Source: Podospora anserina
Lineage: Eukaryota
NCBI GenBank assembly: GCA_017654855.1
Contig: CM030332.1
Span: forward strand, 1,178,001 to 1,242,000
Direction of reading: 5' to 3'
DNA: 64,000 bases
The translations under genes were made by a program, and so were the position numbers. The notes under the pieces were generated by a model that saw nothing but the letters and a program-made list of their open reading frames with translations, was not told the DNA's origin and made no database searches. The first letter of the stretch is position 1. Each line of letters opens with the position of its first letter. This document shows positions 38,585 through 51,199 of this stretch, piece by piece.

Positions 38585-40288
38585 CGCACGGTTTGAGGGT
38601 TTCTTGGAGATAAGGGACAGCAAAATTGAGCGTGGCAGAGACAGCGATTGAATGAAATGATTTCTTGTTTTGTTTGCTTTTAAAGCCTGAACTCCCCAAT
38701 CATAAAAAGACAGGATTGAATGATCACAACTAAACCAACAACATTGAACATGACGACACACGCGTTTCAGAGTAGATCTGATAACTCCCAGACCCCTGTC
38801 TATCCGACCCCCACTAAATGGCTCGTGCGCCTAGCGCCCGGAAACAATGTTTCCCGTGGGGCGCTGTGGCTGTGCACGTCGCTAAAGCACCTGCAGCGGC
38901 GGCGCTAGCTTCCGAGGACCCACGCCGCATAAGCCACTACTTTGACAGTACCGTAGGGCTGATCAATCAGATCGTGATCCTCGATCTTTGACGGCGAGAT
39001 CATTCAAGGTGGGGCTATCAAACTAGAGCAAGAAACGAAACATGGAAACAAAAAAAGCTTACCTGGATTCTAGTTTTCTGCCCTGTGTCAGCCTGATGCG
39101 CAAGGTTCCCGGGTTGCTCCGTTCATATGCACGATATGGTGAGGCGAGCAATTCAATGATGGCTGATGTCAATGCTGTCGGGGTTGGCTGGCTCACTTGA
39201 GTGTATCGGTGTTTTGGCAAAACTATGGCTTCTGAAAACAATGATGCAACCATGGACACAGTAATCTAAACACTTCGGACCTAGAGAACGGTCCAATCCG
39301 GCTTCACCATTGGTGGAACGGGTCTGTTGGCCTGGCGTGGAAAGCAGCTCCATGCGGACACTAGGTTGGAGATCGGGCCTCTTGATCCTCATCAAAGCCC
39401 CTACCACTCGGTATGATCGATGTGATCTGCAGAGCTCGACGAATTCCATGTCACTGCTCCCTGGGAGTACGTTGCCAACATCCACGAGTGGCTTGGCTCG
39501 AGAGTGATGATGATGGCATGCCCTTCCACCCTCCATCTCACTGTTCAGAAAGCCTAACGTATATCACGGAAAGCTTCGGGCATCACCATACACTCGCGGT
39601 GAGCAAACATCTCATCGCTGTCAAGGGGGCTGGTGTACTGAAGGTGTGGTGGGTGAATTGTCGTCAAGGGTGCCACGTTCGATACCTAGATCTGCTTCTC
39701 GATATTTCTCATCCAGATAGCAGCTTTCCGGCCAATCGGAGGTTATTCTCTCGCGTCTATGGCGCTTAAAAAGCCACTTATTTCCGATTTTGTCGATTTT
39801 GTCCATGTTTCCTGTTGGCAGATGTGGTGATGTGGCAGAGGGTCGCGGTAGTCGGCTCCCGAGTAGGCGAGTGGCTGAGCCTCGTTATAGGAGCAAGGGT
39901 TGGGACAAGGCCACCTCCCCATTGGTGGGCTGACAGGAAGGTAGTACCAACAAGCCAATGATAGCAACACATCAGTCCCAAGCCAACGGGTTGCCGTCCG
40001 GAAGCCCTGAGAACCGTTTGTGGCTCTGGGTAACTTGCTGCGTTTCGAACCGGGCCTTGTAGGGCAGTCGTGCAGGGCTGGCAACCATTCCTCCATCCAT
40101 GATGCACCACTGCCGGATCCATCGCGGATGCTTCCATCTCTTCGAGGCTGCCTCAATTGTCTGCTTTGTATTAATAACTTCGCGATGGGGCCGTCTGTCG
40201 GAAATGGCCACACAGGTCATATCCGTTGGTATCCCGTACCCTATTATAACTTCGGCGCCGCTTGACTGATACGTCACAACCCCCAAAT

Positions 40289-42056
40289 ATGTCGAACGCA
40301 TCGTCACCTGTGGCGACGTCCCCTCAACCGGATGTCCAGAAAGCATCGAGAGTCTGTCTCAACTGCAAGAGGAAGAAGAAAAAGTGTGACAAAGCGTTGC
40401 CGTCGTGCAGTCGTTGTGTCGAGTAAGTTTTCGGCCCCCACTTCCCGAATATCAATGTTGCTGACAGGGGCCTCTTTCTGAACCGGGCAGATCATCTCAA
40501 GTCTGCCAGCATGAGGACGACATTGTTGCTGGAAATCCTGTGACGGCTGGGTATCTGTATGGAGGAGTGTCTTCGCCGCTTGGGAATCCGGTCCAGCTTC
40601 ATCGACAATCACCATTAGCCTGGGGTGGGAGTCTGCGTCCTTCTTTGGTTGCCAGCATTCGGTCGGCAGATAATATCAACTTGTACGCCCTCCAATGTGT
40701 TATCGACATTCTCGATAGTCGCCAGGGTGTTGAACAGACGGTTTTGGCCTTTTTCGAGGGCCCCAACGCCAGCTGGTTCAGCATTATCGATCGTTCAAAT
40801 TTCGAGAGGTTACTGGAGGATTTCTGGACCAGCCCATCAGCGGAAACATGTGTTTTGATACTTTGCATGTCGCTGATCTCCCGTCCAACGATTTCGAGCC
40901 CGGGCCCGACACCGATGGGCGATACCGTTTATCAGTCGGCCAAAACGCTCTTGAGTTTGGTCCAGAGTCAAAGTAGCCGCCCCATGTCCACCTCCTTTTT
41001 GCAGGCAGAACTCCTAGTCGCCATGTACGAGTACACTCAGGCTCTACCACAGCAAGCATATCTGTCTGTTGGGCGATGTTTCCAGATGAGCCGCGCTCTC
41101 GGTTGGCAGGATAAGTCGTACTGGGGCCCAAACAACATGGCAACTATACCAAAGATCCTCAAGCTCCATTCGATCCTGTGGTGGGCAATGGTGTATATCG
41201 ACAACCATCTTCATGCTGCATATCAGGAGTCCAAGTTCCCCTTGCATGCTCCCACCCTCGGGCTCGAATTCGAGATACCCCAGCCCGAAACTTTCGGCCA
41301 ATTTGCGCCGACGCCATCGCAGCTTCAAATCCAGAGTGTTGGTGCAGCATATTGTGACGGCAACTCTCACCATATCGACGGCATGGTTTTCCCCGAGGCA
41401 ACATCTGCGTTCAATCTGAACACCGCTCTTAGCCCGCTGGATAGCCCACTGATGTTGTCGGAACGCCATGAGGAACTCTCGGATGCTGTCTGGCAGCACA
41501 CTCTCAACGTCTTCCAGACTCCGTGGAGTACTGGCGACCGGAACGGGGCGATGAGCACCAACTTGATGTAAGTATCGGGTTTCCTTTCACCGAGCGTCAT
41601 CTGGCCAAACCTGACTGACTTTTAGAGCCATGCTGAAACTCAACCAATCTGGCCTTCTTGCTGGATCGGCGGGGACCGATCCGCGCTTTTCCAGCCCTGC
41701 TGAGAATATCAGGAAGGCTATCGCGTACCTCCATAATGAGGCGGCGAACTTGCCGAGTTTCCAAGAGCGATTGGCACGGGGGAGGGTGGCTCCTTTCTGG
41801 GCTTTTGCGGCGTACTATGCATCGCTTTTGCTCATTTCTCATGGTGAAACGGAGCTCCAAATGGCGGCGGACTGGCTTCAGAAGGTTATCGATTTGAAGA
41901 ATATGCTGCACATTTGCGCTGGAAGGTGGAAGATTGCTGGTAAGCCTTTCCTAGTGTAGATGGCGTGGACTTGTCACTGATATGTTTGCTCCAGAACGTT
42001 ATTTTTATTTGCTCGACCAGCAGCTTGGTGTCCGGCTGGGCACCTATGTCGGATGA
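40289..42056 (+). CDS. Zn(II)2Cys6 fungal transcription factor; introns ~40423-40490, ~41568-41625 and ~41940-41994
   Basis: Exon 1 MSNASSP..RVCLNCKRKKKKCDKALPSCSRCVE spliced to SSQVC, completing the C6 cluster, followed by a fungal TF middle region (ORF 40540-41571). Confidence 0.88.
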
Positions 42057-43955
42057 TTTTCTTTTCGCATTTTTGGCGTCGTGGGCTAGGAACAAGATAC
42101 CCGTTTTTTGGAGATTTGGTGTGGTTTTCGGATTGTGTGCAACGGGGAGAACTGACAGAGTTCTTTGGTCATGTTGTGGACGGCTTGCATGAAGCGCTCC
42201 TCTCTCTCTCGTGAGATCGAACGCAGGCGTCTGGGTTGGCAGTTTTCGGTACTTTTCTTTCGCTCATTTGTTGACAAGTCATTTTCGTTTCTTTTCGTTT
42301 TTGGCATTCGGGCGGGTTGGAAAGCTGCCAAGTTGGATACTGTCGACTGGGTTTTGTTGTTGAAAGGGCTGGGTTTCTGCTTTGCATGGTACTTTCCTTG
42401 TGTTTGGGGATGTAAATTAGAGTTTCCTAGCTTTTTATCAGCGGCGTCTTCAAATTGTCTCAATCAGCCACAGCATTTAGACCTGTCTCGGTGAATAAGA
42501 AAAGACCGATCATGTGAGGTGCTACTTCCCCTCGCTTTTTAAAATTGGTGAGATGGTTTGTCACGATGAAATATCGCCTCATCGTGGATGATACGTCCGA
42601 CATTGTGCCCAGATTTGGGGACGGAGATTCCTTCATGGCATGACAACGGCGGGAAACGAAGCTCTGTCAGGAGAGTCGAGTTTCTTCATGAACAATCCGA
42701 CTCATGACGGACAGTAGAAACTTTGGCAGAGATCAAGAGAAAAAGGAAACATGCAGAGCAAAAAATGAAGGGATCACAGAAGAATGAAGCAGGGAAAATG
42801 ATAAGCAAAAAGAAGATGAATAGTCACCGGAGCAAGGAAACACACATATTATACAAAAAGAGCTTCAGCATACCATGTTCAACAACGTAACCCCACGCCA
42901 CCAACAAACCATCCTCATACTCCAGGGTCCCAACAAACGCTCCTATTCCAGCCTTTGCTGCCTTGAGGGGTTCCACTGACTTCGGACCTGCGTGGCATAC
43001 TGGCCGGGAGGAAAACCAAGCGGCCGCTCCCGCAGATGGCCATTGGTGGTTTGAACAGGTTGAAAGGTGAAGAGCAACCGACGAGTGAGGCTGATGAGGT
43101 TGCTAGCGCCTGTTAAAATGAAAAGGGGCTACAATGCCCGGCGGGTTGAGCTTGGTGCTGCTTTACCCTTGGTGACCGGGTGGCCAACGGACTTCATAAT
43201 ACACACTTAACAAGGAAGGATGGCGAAAGTAAGAGAGGAGGGAGCCTCAATCAGTGCCACGAGAACGAGAACAACCGAGGAGTCCCATGGATCCCTCTTC
43301 TGGATCATGTAACAGGAAAAAAGGCCCACGCCCTGTTGGTGACCTATCCACCTGCTTGCCTTCGGATCATAGAAGATGCCGGCATCCTCCTTACCCATTC
43401 CAGAAAGTTAATTAATCCCCCAACCCCCAAGCGACCCTTGATCAGTGAGGGGGCGGGAGATCGCCAAAACGTGGTATCAGCGTCACGTATTACCGACTTC
43501 CGACACAAACTCTCCAATACACCAGTAATAACACCCCAAACTGTTTTGTTCACCAACAAAGCCCCCCACACAAAAAACAGTTCATCCCATGACGATACCT
43601 AGTTGCCGAGAACATGGGTCGATGCGGCACCGGTAGGGTTACACAAGGGTAAACCCACGACAGAGAAGCTGAACCTGGTTCCCGGTTGGCTGCGGAAAGA
43701 CCGTGCCGTTGGGATACAACTTGCATCGCTTCCCGGGAGTGTCAGCTTCCGGCGTGCGCCACAATTATCTTGCAGATGGAAGCTTGAACATCCGGGCGGG
43801 AAGCTGGTCGAATGAGAGAGCTCGTTGGTTCTTCAACTGGGCTTAGCTGCATATGTAAATCTAACCACCATCATCACATTGTCAGCGTTGCATCATGGGC
43901 AAAAAAATGATGGAGACTTCAACGTGACACAAAAATCCTAGTTGAAGATAGAAAA

Positions 43956-44195
43956 GCATGCCAAAATAGGCAATACGTCTCGATAGATAGTTTGACACGC
44001 CTAGGAACAATTATTGAACACCAAATCCAGTGAGTTGAAGGCCTGTAACCATGGCGAAAAGGCGTTCAATGATAGTATACATGTGTTAAAAGATGGTTGG
44101 AAAGCATGTGGACATGGTGAAAATGCATTCAATATATATTATAATGTGTTCAAAGATAGTCGAAGCGCGTTAAAAGATAATGATCAGGCCTCGTC
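43956..44195. repeat. Degenerate tandem array with 21-bp period and 63-bp higher-order period, related to the MITE internal repeat
   Basis: Units start at 44041, 44062, 44083, 44104, 44125, 44146, 44167 and 44188 (e.g. GTGTTCAAAGATAGT, GCGTTAAAAGATAAT). Weaker units extend back to ~43956. Confidence 0.75.
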
Positions 44196-44717
44196 AATAG
44201 GCCCCAGACGAGTTGATCAATGTCTTGCTGGGGGTTTAGTCGAATGGGAGCTTGTTGGTTTCTCTAATGATAGACGAAAACAGTTCAGACGAAGAGTGAG
44301 AGGACCGACCACCTTGAATGACTATATGTTCATTGGCCGAATAGACTGTAGTAATCCAATTAACACGTCTCACTAATTATTCTTCTCATCTTTTGGCTCT
44401 GGTGGAGTAAACATCCACTGAAGAGCGCTAATGTTCTTTTCTTCCCTGGGTATATTGATGCCCCACCTCCCCGAAGTGATATTCCGGCGTGCCTCCTCGC
44501 GAGCTCTGTTAATGTCACGGCCAAGAGCACGAGAGATAGTGCCGCCGCGAACGGCTGGTCGAGAAGAAATTGATGTTGAGAAGAAATCGATGAAATAGAA
44601 AGGTTGAGAGTTTGTCGGTAGGTACGGTAAGATGGGTCTATTACGGATCGGGCTTTGCCAGCGATAAACTTTGGCAGACAGGCCAAGTAGCTGCTCTGAA
44701 CAAACTATAAACTGACA

Positions 44718-44954
44718 CGCTCCTCCCGAAATTACAGGCATTGCAAGCAAGTAAAACGTATCATTATTGTGGACTTCCACCCTTTTTAAAGAGAAAAAGG
44801 GGCTTGGAAGGAAACTTTTAGGCCTTTAAAGATAGTTCATATGCCTTTGAGGATATTTGATAGGCCTATCAATTCTTCTTTGAGGCATAGTTCACAAAAT
44901 AATGCGTGTTGACTTACTTGTGCTGTGCCAATTACTTTGCGGAGAAGGTGACTG
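44718..44954. mobile_element. Older, degenerate copy of MITE family A
   Basis: Right end TTGACTTACTT..TGTGCCAATTACTTTGCGGAGAAGGTGACT resembles the right end of the 7.6-7.8 kb element (TTAACTTACTT..TGTCTCAATTGTTTTGTGGGCAGGGTGACT). Contains GGCCTTTAAAGATAGTT. A degenerate ~55-bp inverted match lies at 44720-44776. Confidence 0.6.
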
Positions 44955-45345
44955 GGTAAAAGTTCAACACGCCACTCTCCGGTATCAAAAGCTGTTGAAC
45001 CTTTCAAACAATTCAATATTTCGTTCTATCAAAATTGGCCATCCTATACACGTTTTTAGCTTTACAACCTTGCAGTAAGCGTCGAACTATTTTGCAAGAT
45101 ACCAAAAAGGCCTCTGCTCCCTTTTTACCCCCCTTTTTTATCACAAGCCAACACTAACACCGCCCGTTACCAAGGAGGACAACAAATGGAAAACGTGGTT
45201 TCGCAGAACCAAAAACTGGGATATTGGTTGTTGCCGTAGTCGTAGGGGGTTGCTATACAGGGAACAAATAAAACAAAACGAGCCCCCGCTCTTCTTTCCT
45301 CAAAGCCTCGGGTCCCAAAAGCACAATCTCTACTCCTTCTCCCGA

Positions 45346-45996
45346 TTAAGCCTTCCACAGTCTCTTGATGGTCTCGGTGATGCCGACATCGCTGGTCTCG
45401 TACTCGTAGAGGGCAAGGCCGACAACGACGGTGGCGGCGTTGAGGCCCCAGATGGCAGCCTTGCGGGCCCGAGGTGTTCTGTATTGGGGAACGTAATCGA
45501 CGATGATGTTCTGGAAGCCGGTGTGAGAGTGGATGAGGAGGGTGGCGCACAGGACGGCATCCATGGTGGGGTTGAGAGAGCCGGCGGCGAAAGGAGCGAC
45601 GGTAAGGGGGATCAGGGACGCAGCGACGAGACGGTCAAAGGTCCAGTGGTAGGAGCCGTGCGAGGGAGAAGGGGGCGGTACGGGGGCAGCATCGTTGACT
45701 GTATGGGTTAGTTGGTGTCCTCACAAAGACATATATAGTGCCGTATATTCGTCGATTCCGGCCCCATCTCGGTTTAAGAAGATGCGCTCGTACCTGTGCC
45801 AACAACACGCTCTGCAACAAAATGTTAGTAAATAAAGCCCCGAACCAAAACGTGAGTAGGAAAACGCACGGGGAAGAGGGGGGAGGAGGTCCCTCTTGGC
45901 GGTAGTGTGGAAAGCAGCACGCGCGATGATGCTGTTCTGGAGAGCAGGCTTTGTCGCAACCTGGCGCAGCAGGGAAGAGCGGGCGATGGAGGCCAT
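45346..45996 (-). CDS. SDH4: Succinate dehydrogenase cytochrome b small subunit (CybS); 2 introns around an ~18-nt micro-exon
   Basis: Mitochondrial presequence MASIARSSLLRQ. Spliced LPPLPQRVVGTVND..PSHGSYHWTFDR and HSHTGFQNIIVDYVP, ending DVGITETIKRLW. Confidence 0.93.
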
Positions 45997-46589
45997 GATG
46001 ACTGAAAGGTGGACGGCAACCAATTGATTCGACTAAAAAACTGACTGGCTGGGTAGACGACGCCGGGACTGGGACGGCTTGGGCGGGCTTTGAAGACGAC
46101 GACGACGACGGCGACAACGAACTCGGAACGACGGAGACACAGGCCTGCGAAAATGGTTGCCGAATGTCCAATGCCAACTGAATGATCCCTCGGCAATCGG
46201 GACCTCTCTCTGCCAATCGTCTTGTCGTTGATGTCAGCCGAAGAACCCCACCTGGGTTCCGCTTCAAGCCAAGCTTCGGGTCGGACCGGATTTTCTAGAC
46301 CCCGAGCAGCACCCCTCCAGACGTCACTGTCACAAGCCCAGAGCGGGCCCAGTGCAGGGGACCCTGTTCTGGGTGGGAGGTGGCCCGAGCTTTTGGCCCA
46401 AAATTTCGAGCTTGGAGCCCGCGACAGCGTCCATCGAGACGTCTGGCGGGTCTTGAATCTAGACGTTTCACTCAACATATCGACATATTACACGAGCTCT
46501 CACCCTTTTTCAGCAGGTCAAGGTGCCAGATCAGATCTTCGTAGGACTTCGTTGGCGGTAAAGCAACTTCACCACATTCAGCCGCCGTA

Positions 46590-48680
46590 ATGGCGTTCGG
46601 AAAAGGAGCGCTCATGAGCATGAGCAGAGGCTCCGTCTGCCGGAGATGCCTGTTAACGATGAAGTCCATGGCTGGTGGAGGACCAACATCAACATACGCT
46701 CAACAACGCGGCAAAAAGACATGGCACGGCCCCAAGTACCAGGCGAAGATTGACCAGGCACAGGCTGATTGGGAAGAGCGGGCTGAAAAGATCAAGAAGG
46801 GGGAGATTCAACACACATGGGATATGTTTGTTGAGAGAGGCTATGTGAAGGACACAGCTGGGTAGGTCTACAAAGTCTGGCGCTGAGGTAAACTTGAAGA
46901 GCACTGTTTTCCGGAGCAGATTGGCTGACTTCAACTTGGGAGAAAGATCTCATGAAACTATTCGCAAACTGATGCTTCACAAACGGATTGGCGCCTACAC
47001 TGGCATTGACCCAACGGCGCCCTCTCTACACATTGGCCATTTGCTCCCGCTCATGCCGATTTTCTGGATGTATATGCACGGTTACGCTGGTTACACTCTG
47101 ATCGGTGGCGCGACGGCCAAGATTGGCGACCCTACTGACCGGTTGGTCAGCCGCACGCCTCTCAAAAGGACCGACCTCACCATGAATTTGACCAAGATAC
47201 ACTACCAACTCAAGGCCCTCTGGATGAATGTGGAAGAACAGGCAAGGAGGCGGGGCTTCGAGAAGGATTGGGCATGGAAACGGGCTGTTGTGAACAACTC
47301 TACATGGTGGAACTCGCTTCCTCTGATCGAGGTTCTCAAGAGGTTAGGGGATAGTATGAGAATGGGTCCCTTGCTGTCCCGCGATACGTAAGTGTTGATT
47401 TCAGGCATTCATCGGCAGGCGCATTGCTGACCTTCTCTCACAGGGTCAAGAACAAAATGTCGAAAGGCGATGGCATGTCCTTCTCAGAATTCACCTACCC
47501 GCTCATGCAAGGTTGGGATTGGTGGCATATGTATCAGGCAAATGGAATCCAGATGCAGATCGGTGGCTCCGACCAGTACGGAAACATCGTGACCGGCGTC
47601 GAGACGGTGAAAGTCGTCCGTGATAACGAGCCAGATCCGGCGAAAAAAATTGAAGGTGGTCCCTTCAACGATCCGGTCGGCTTCACCGTCCCCCTCTTAA
47701 CAGACTCAGCCGGTGTCAAGTTTGGAAAGAGCGCCGGCAATGCCGTTTGGCTTGACAAGTTCCAGACTTCCGAGTTCGACCTTTACGGTTACTTTGTGCG
47801 GCGATCCGATCAAGAGGTCGAGAAGCTTCTCAAGCTCTTCACCTTCCTGCCTATGGAGAATATCAACGAGGCCATGAAGATCCACAGCGAGAACCCCGCC
47901 CGACGAGTTGCTCAACATCTGCTGGCCTTTGAGGTAGTCGGCTTGGTGCACGGCATGAACGCGGCGCATAGGACCGCCTTGAACCACCAGGCCAGGTACG
48001 GAAAGCAAATCGACATCCCCGGCGTCACGCTCAGGATGCCCAAGGCAGCAACCGAGGACACGCCACCCTCCATTCTAGACGCCCCCAAGATGGACATGCA
48101 ACTGCCCGAATCTCTCATCATGGGCAAATCCATCGGCCGCATCCTCTACGCCGCAGGCCTCGCAAAGAGCGCCTCAGAAGGCCACCGCCTCGCCACCCAG
48201 CAAGGTGCCTACATTGGCGCCATGCCTGGCCACAAGCGCACCGAGGACAACAAGGTGATGGACTACTCCCAGCTCAGCTTCACACCCATCAAGCTCTGGT
48301 TCCCCCAGGAGACGAGGAACTACCTCATCGACGGCAAATTGCTCATCCTCCGCAAGGGCAAGGTCCAGATTCGCGTCATTGAGATGGTCAGCGACGAGGA
48401 GTGGAAGGAGTCTGGTCAGACGTACCCTGGCGAGCCGGGGACCGGTGCGCTGCGCATGCTTCGCCAGCAGTTGAAGATGCTGAAGTCGGGGATGCTGACG
48501 CCGGACGAGGTCAAGGCCAACTTGAAGAACCATGTCGAGGAGGAGGCGCCGCCGCCTGGGTTTATGAAGTTTCCGGATCAGGACTCTTATGCTATTAGGA
48601 GGGCGACTCAGGAGCTGATGGATGAGATTCACCAGAAGGAGGTAGGGGGTGATTCGCCGAGGGAAGAGAGGAGGGAATGA
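46590..48680 (+). CDS. cyt-18: Mitochondrial tyrosyl-tRNA synthetase (CYT-18/YTS1 type); introns ~46862-46946 and ~47388-47443
   Basis: [13 protein letters not shown] (HIGH motif), [32 protein letters not shown] (KMSKS-like), S4-like C-terminal domain and an N-terminal presequence. Confidence 0.93.
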
Positions 48681-49000
48681 TGATGAGTTGTAGAGGGGGA
48701 TAGCCATCGTGGATCTGGGTTTTCATCTGAGTTGTACGATATTGGCTTGTATTATATCAGATGCATTATACTCTATTGTAGATTTTCGTATGTGTGCACA
48801 TGAACTGGGATGAAGAGTTGGAGGTAGAAACGTAGGTAGATAAAAAAGCTCCAATCCAAATACGTTTGCGGACCAAGATAAAAGAAAGATTGCTACTCCA
48901 AATAGGTAGGCCTCCTCGCTGCTAGACCTTCTCAGTATTTTCCCCCAGAGATTTCTGATCTTTTTTTCCGAAAGCCTACATCATCCCTTTGCCCGCATCA

Positions 49001-50769
49001 TCAGCGATGGAGCACCGTCAAATCCCCCGCCGGCGCCCCCCTGAACCCCTTCAGCCGCTCCATCACCTCCGCGTCCGTCATGTCCATCTCGGTGATGATC
49101 TCATCAAAACAATGACACCCATCCGTGTACTTTTGCAGCGGATCCCTTCTCCCGCCTCCCCTAGCCGCGGCCTCCCGTTCAGTCAACCTCCTACTTTGAC
49201 CCGTCGCTAACGAGGCTAGATACTGCTTCGACACCACATACTTGTGAACACGGTACAAACAACCTTTTATCACACCAAACTGCACCAACCTCCGGACGTC
49301 GACGTATCTGAGGACGTCTATCCCGGCGTCCATGTGCATTTTTAGCCACTCCATTACTGTTTTTGAGGGGGCAAAGGTGGTCATTAGTTTGATGAGCAGA
49401 TAATTTGGTAGGCGGTGGTCTCGTTCGATGGAGAGGAGGGAGGAGGAGGAGGATGGGTTGTGGAAGGGGGAGGTGGGGTGGTGGGAGTGAGTTTCTGGAG
49501 ACAAATTGCTGGGGGAGGTGGAGAGGTGGTGGGAGGAGGATCGAGGGGTGGTGGAGAAGGAGTTCAGGGCGAAGGAGTTGTTGTTGAGGGTGGTGGTTGA
49601 CGACGACCTGGGGTTGGAATACTTGTCATTGTCGTTGGAATTAATTCTCAGTGCGCCCACGCAGACGTAATTGGCGCATTCATCTACGATGCCGTCGACG
49701 TTGGCGATGAAATCGTGGATTCCGGGGCGGGGGGCGTAGCAGGCGGAGAAGAAGAACATGTCGAGGAGGAGGATGGTGTCGTAGTAGAGGAGGTGGCGGA
49801 GGGCGAGTTGGGTTAGTTCTAGGGAGACGTCTGCTTGGAAGGCGATTCGGCGGACGTCGGAGACGCCGTCGATGTGGGCGATTACCTTTTGGAGGGTCAG
49901 GTCCCAGGTTGGGTCGACGATGTCGGCGAGTTTCATTTTTGCTACTGGGACGTGCCAGCTTTTGATTTCTGGTGGGTTGGGGTGGTAAGGGAAGAGCTTC
50001 ATGTTGATGGTGTTGGCGTCGTCTTGTCGTTGTGTTAGTTGGAGGGTCATCAGAAGGGGGTGATTAGGCGGACATACCAACGGGGATCATGCACTCTCCA
50101 TAATTATTCAAATCCTCCTTGATGATCTCCAACAAACTCTCAATCGGCCTCCTCGTCGAAAAGAAGCCCCCATCCCCATTCTTGTCCCTGCTTTCTCCCC
50201 ACGCGCACTCTCCCTGGGCCTTAGTCTGGTCTTGGCTGAGATACCCGCTCTGCTTTTCCATTTCCGCAAAGGTAATCGCCAGCCGTCGAACAACCCTCTC
50301 ATAAGGAACCTGATCGACATCGTGATCGACCACGAGACCAAAATTGAAGATGAACTCATTGCGGTGATACCGGGGGTCTGGGATAGAAACAGGGAAACCA
50401 AGGATAAGGTATTTGTTGTCTGGGTCGGTCACGGTGATGTACCTGTTGCGGAACGGCTCCCTAGGAATGATGTACTCGGACAGGACTGCAAAGTCAAATA
50501 ATGGAGATTTTATGGCGGGTGTGGTTGTTGAGGTGCCAGGCGTCGTTGAGGAAGATGTGATGCTAGCATTGAGGTTGCTGATTGTTTGCGAGGGAACAGG
50601 AGCCGTATTTGGACCCGGGGTTGTGACTGGAACAATGCAGCCGGGCGGTGACTGAGCCACAATCTTTGTGCCTATTTGAATTTGTCAATCTCTGTTTTTT
50701 CTAAGCTGGAGGATATCGAGAAATACCTTCTTGGGGAAGGAAGCGGGCATAGAAAATACCCTGAATCAT
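49001..50769 (-). CDS. NPR2: GATOR1/SEACIT subunit Npr2 (NPRL2); introns ~50672-50726 and ~50024-50077
   Basis: MIQGIFYARFLPQEG|TKIVAQSP, YHRNEFIFNFG, EDLNNYGECMIP|DDANTINMKLFP and DVRRLVQFGVIKG.LYRVHKY. Confidence 0.95.
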
Positions 50770-51199
50770 GGTGTTTCAATGGGTGTCGTCTGGAAGCCCC
50801 GCAATTCCCACCCGAGTTATGATTTGAAGAAGTTGAGTGTTGGCTGCTCGTGACTGCGCAAAACTCAAAAAGATATGATTTTGATGAGTCTAAGTGGTGA
50901 AATATGAGACCAATTCCTTACGTGCCGTAGACTGGGTGAAAGAACTCTGAAGTTCAAGTCAACCGATGAATGGGGATAGGGTTGAGGGGATGAAAGACAC
51001 CGCACTTGATGAGTTGTGTCCGGTAGGAACCCTAACCCTTGCATGCCCCCTGGATTCATTCACTCGAAGCAGTTCACAATCATTGTCGTTGGTTACCACG
51101 CTTTGCATTCCATGATATATAGCCATTCAAGCACATAAATCTATCAATATCGTTTTTACTACCCAAATATTTTGATAACCACTTTTCCTATCCTCACCC

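Noticed and set aside
42860-43400. Possible degraded gene on the minus strand (acceptor-like TTTTAACAG at ~43110, then a frame containing a TAG)
   Set aside because: No recognisable protein similarity, so neither a pseudogene nor a second edited stop can be supported.
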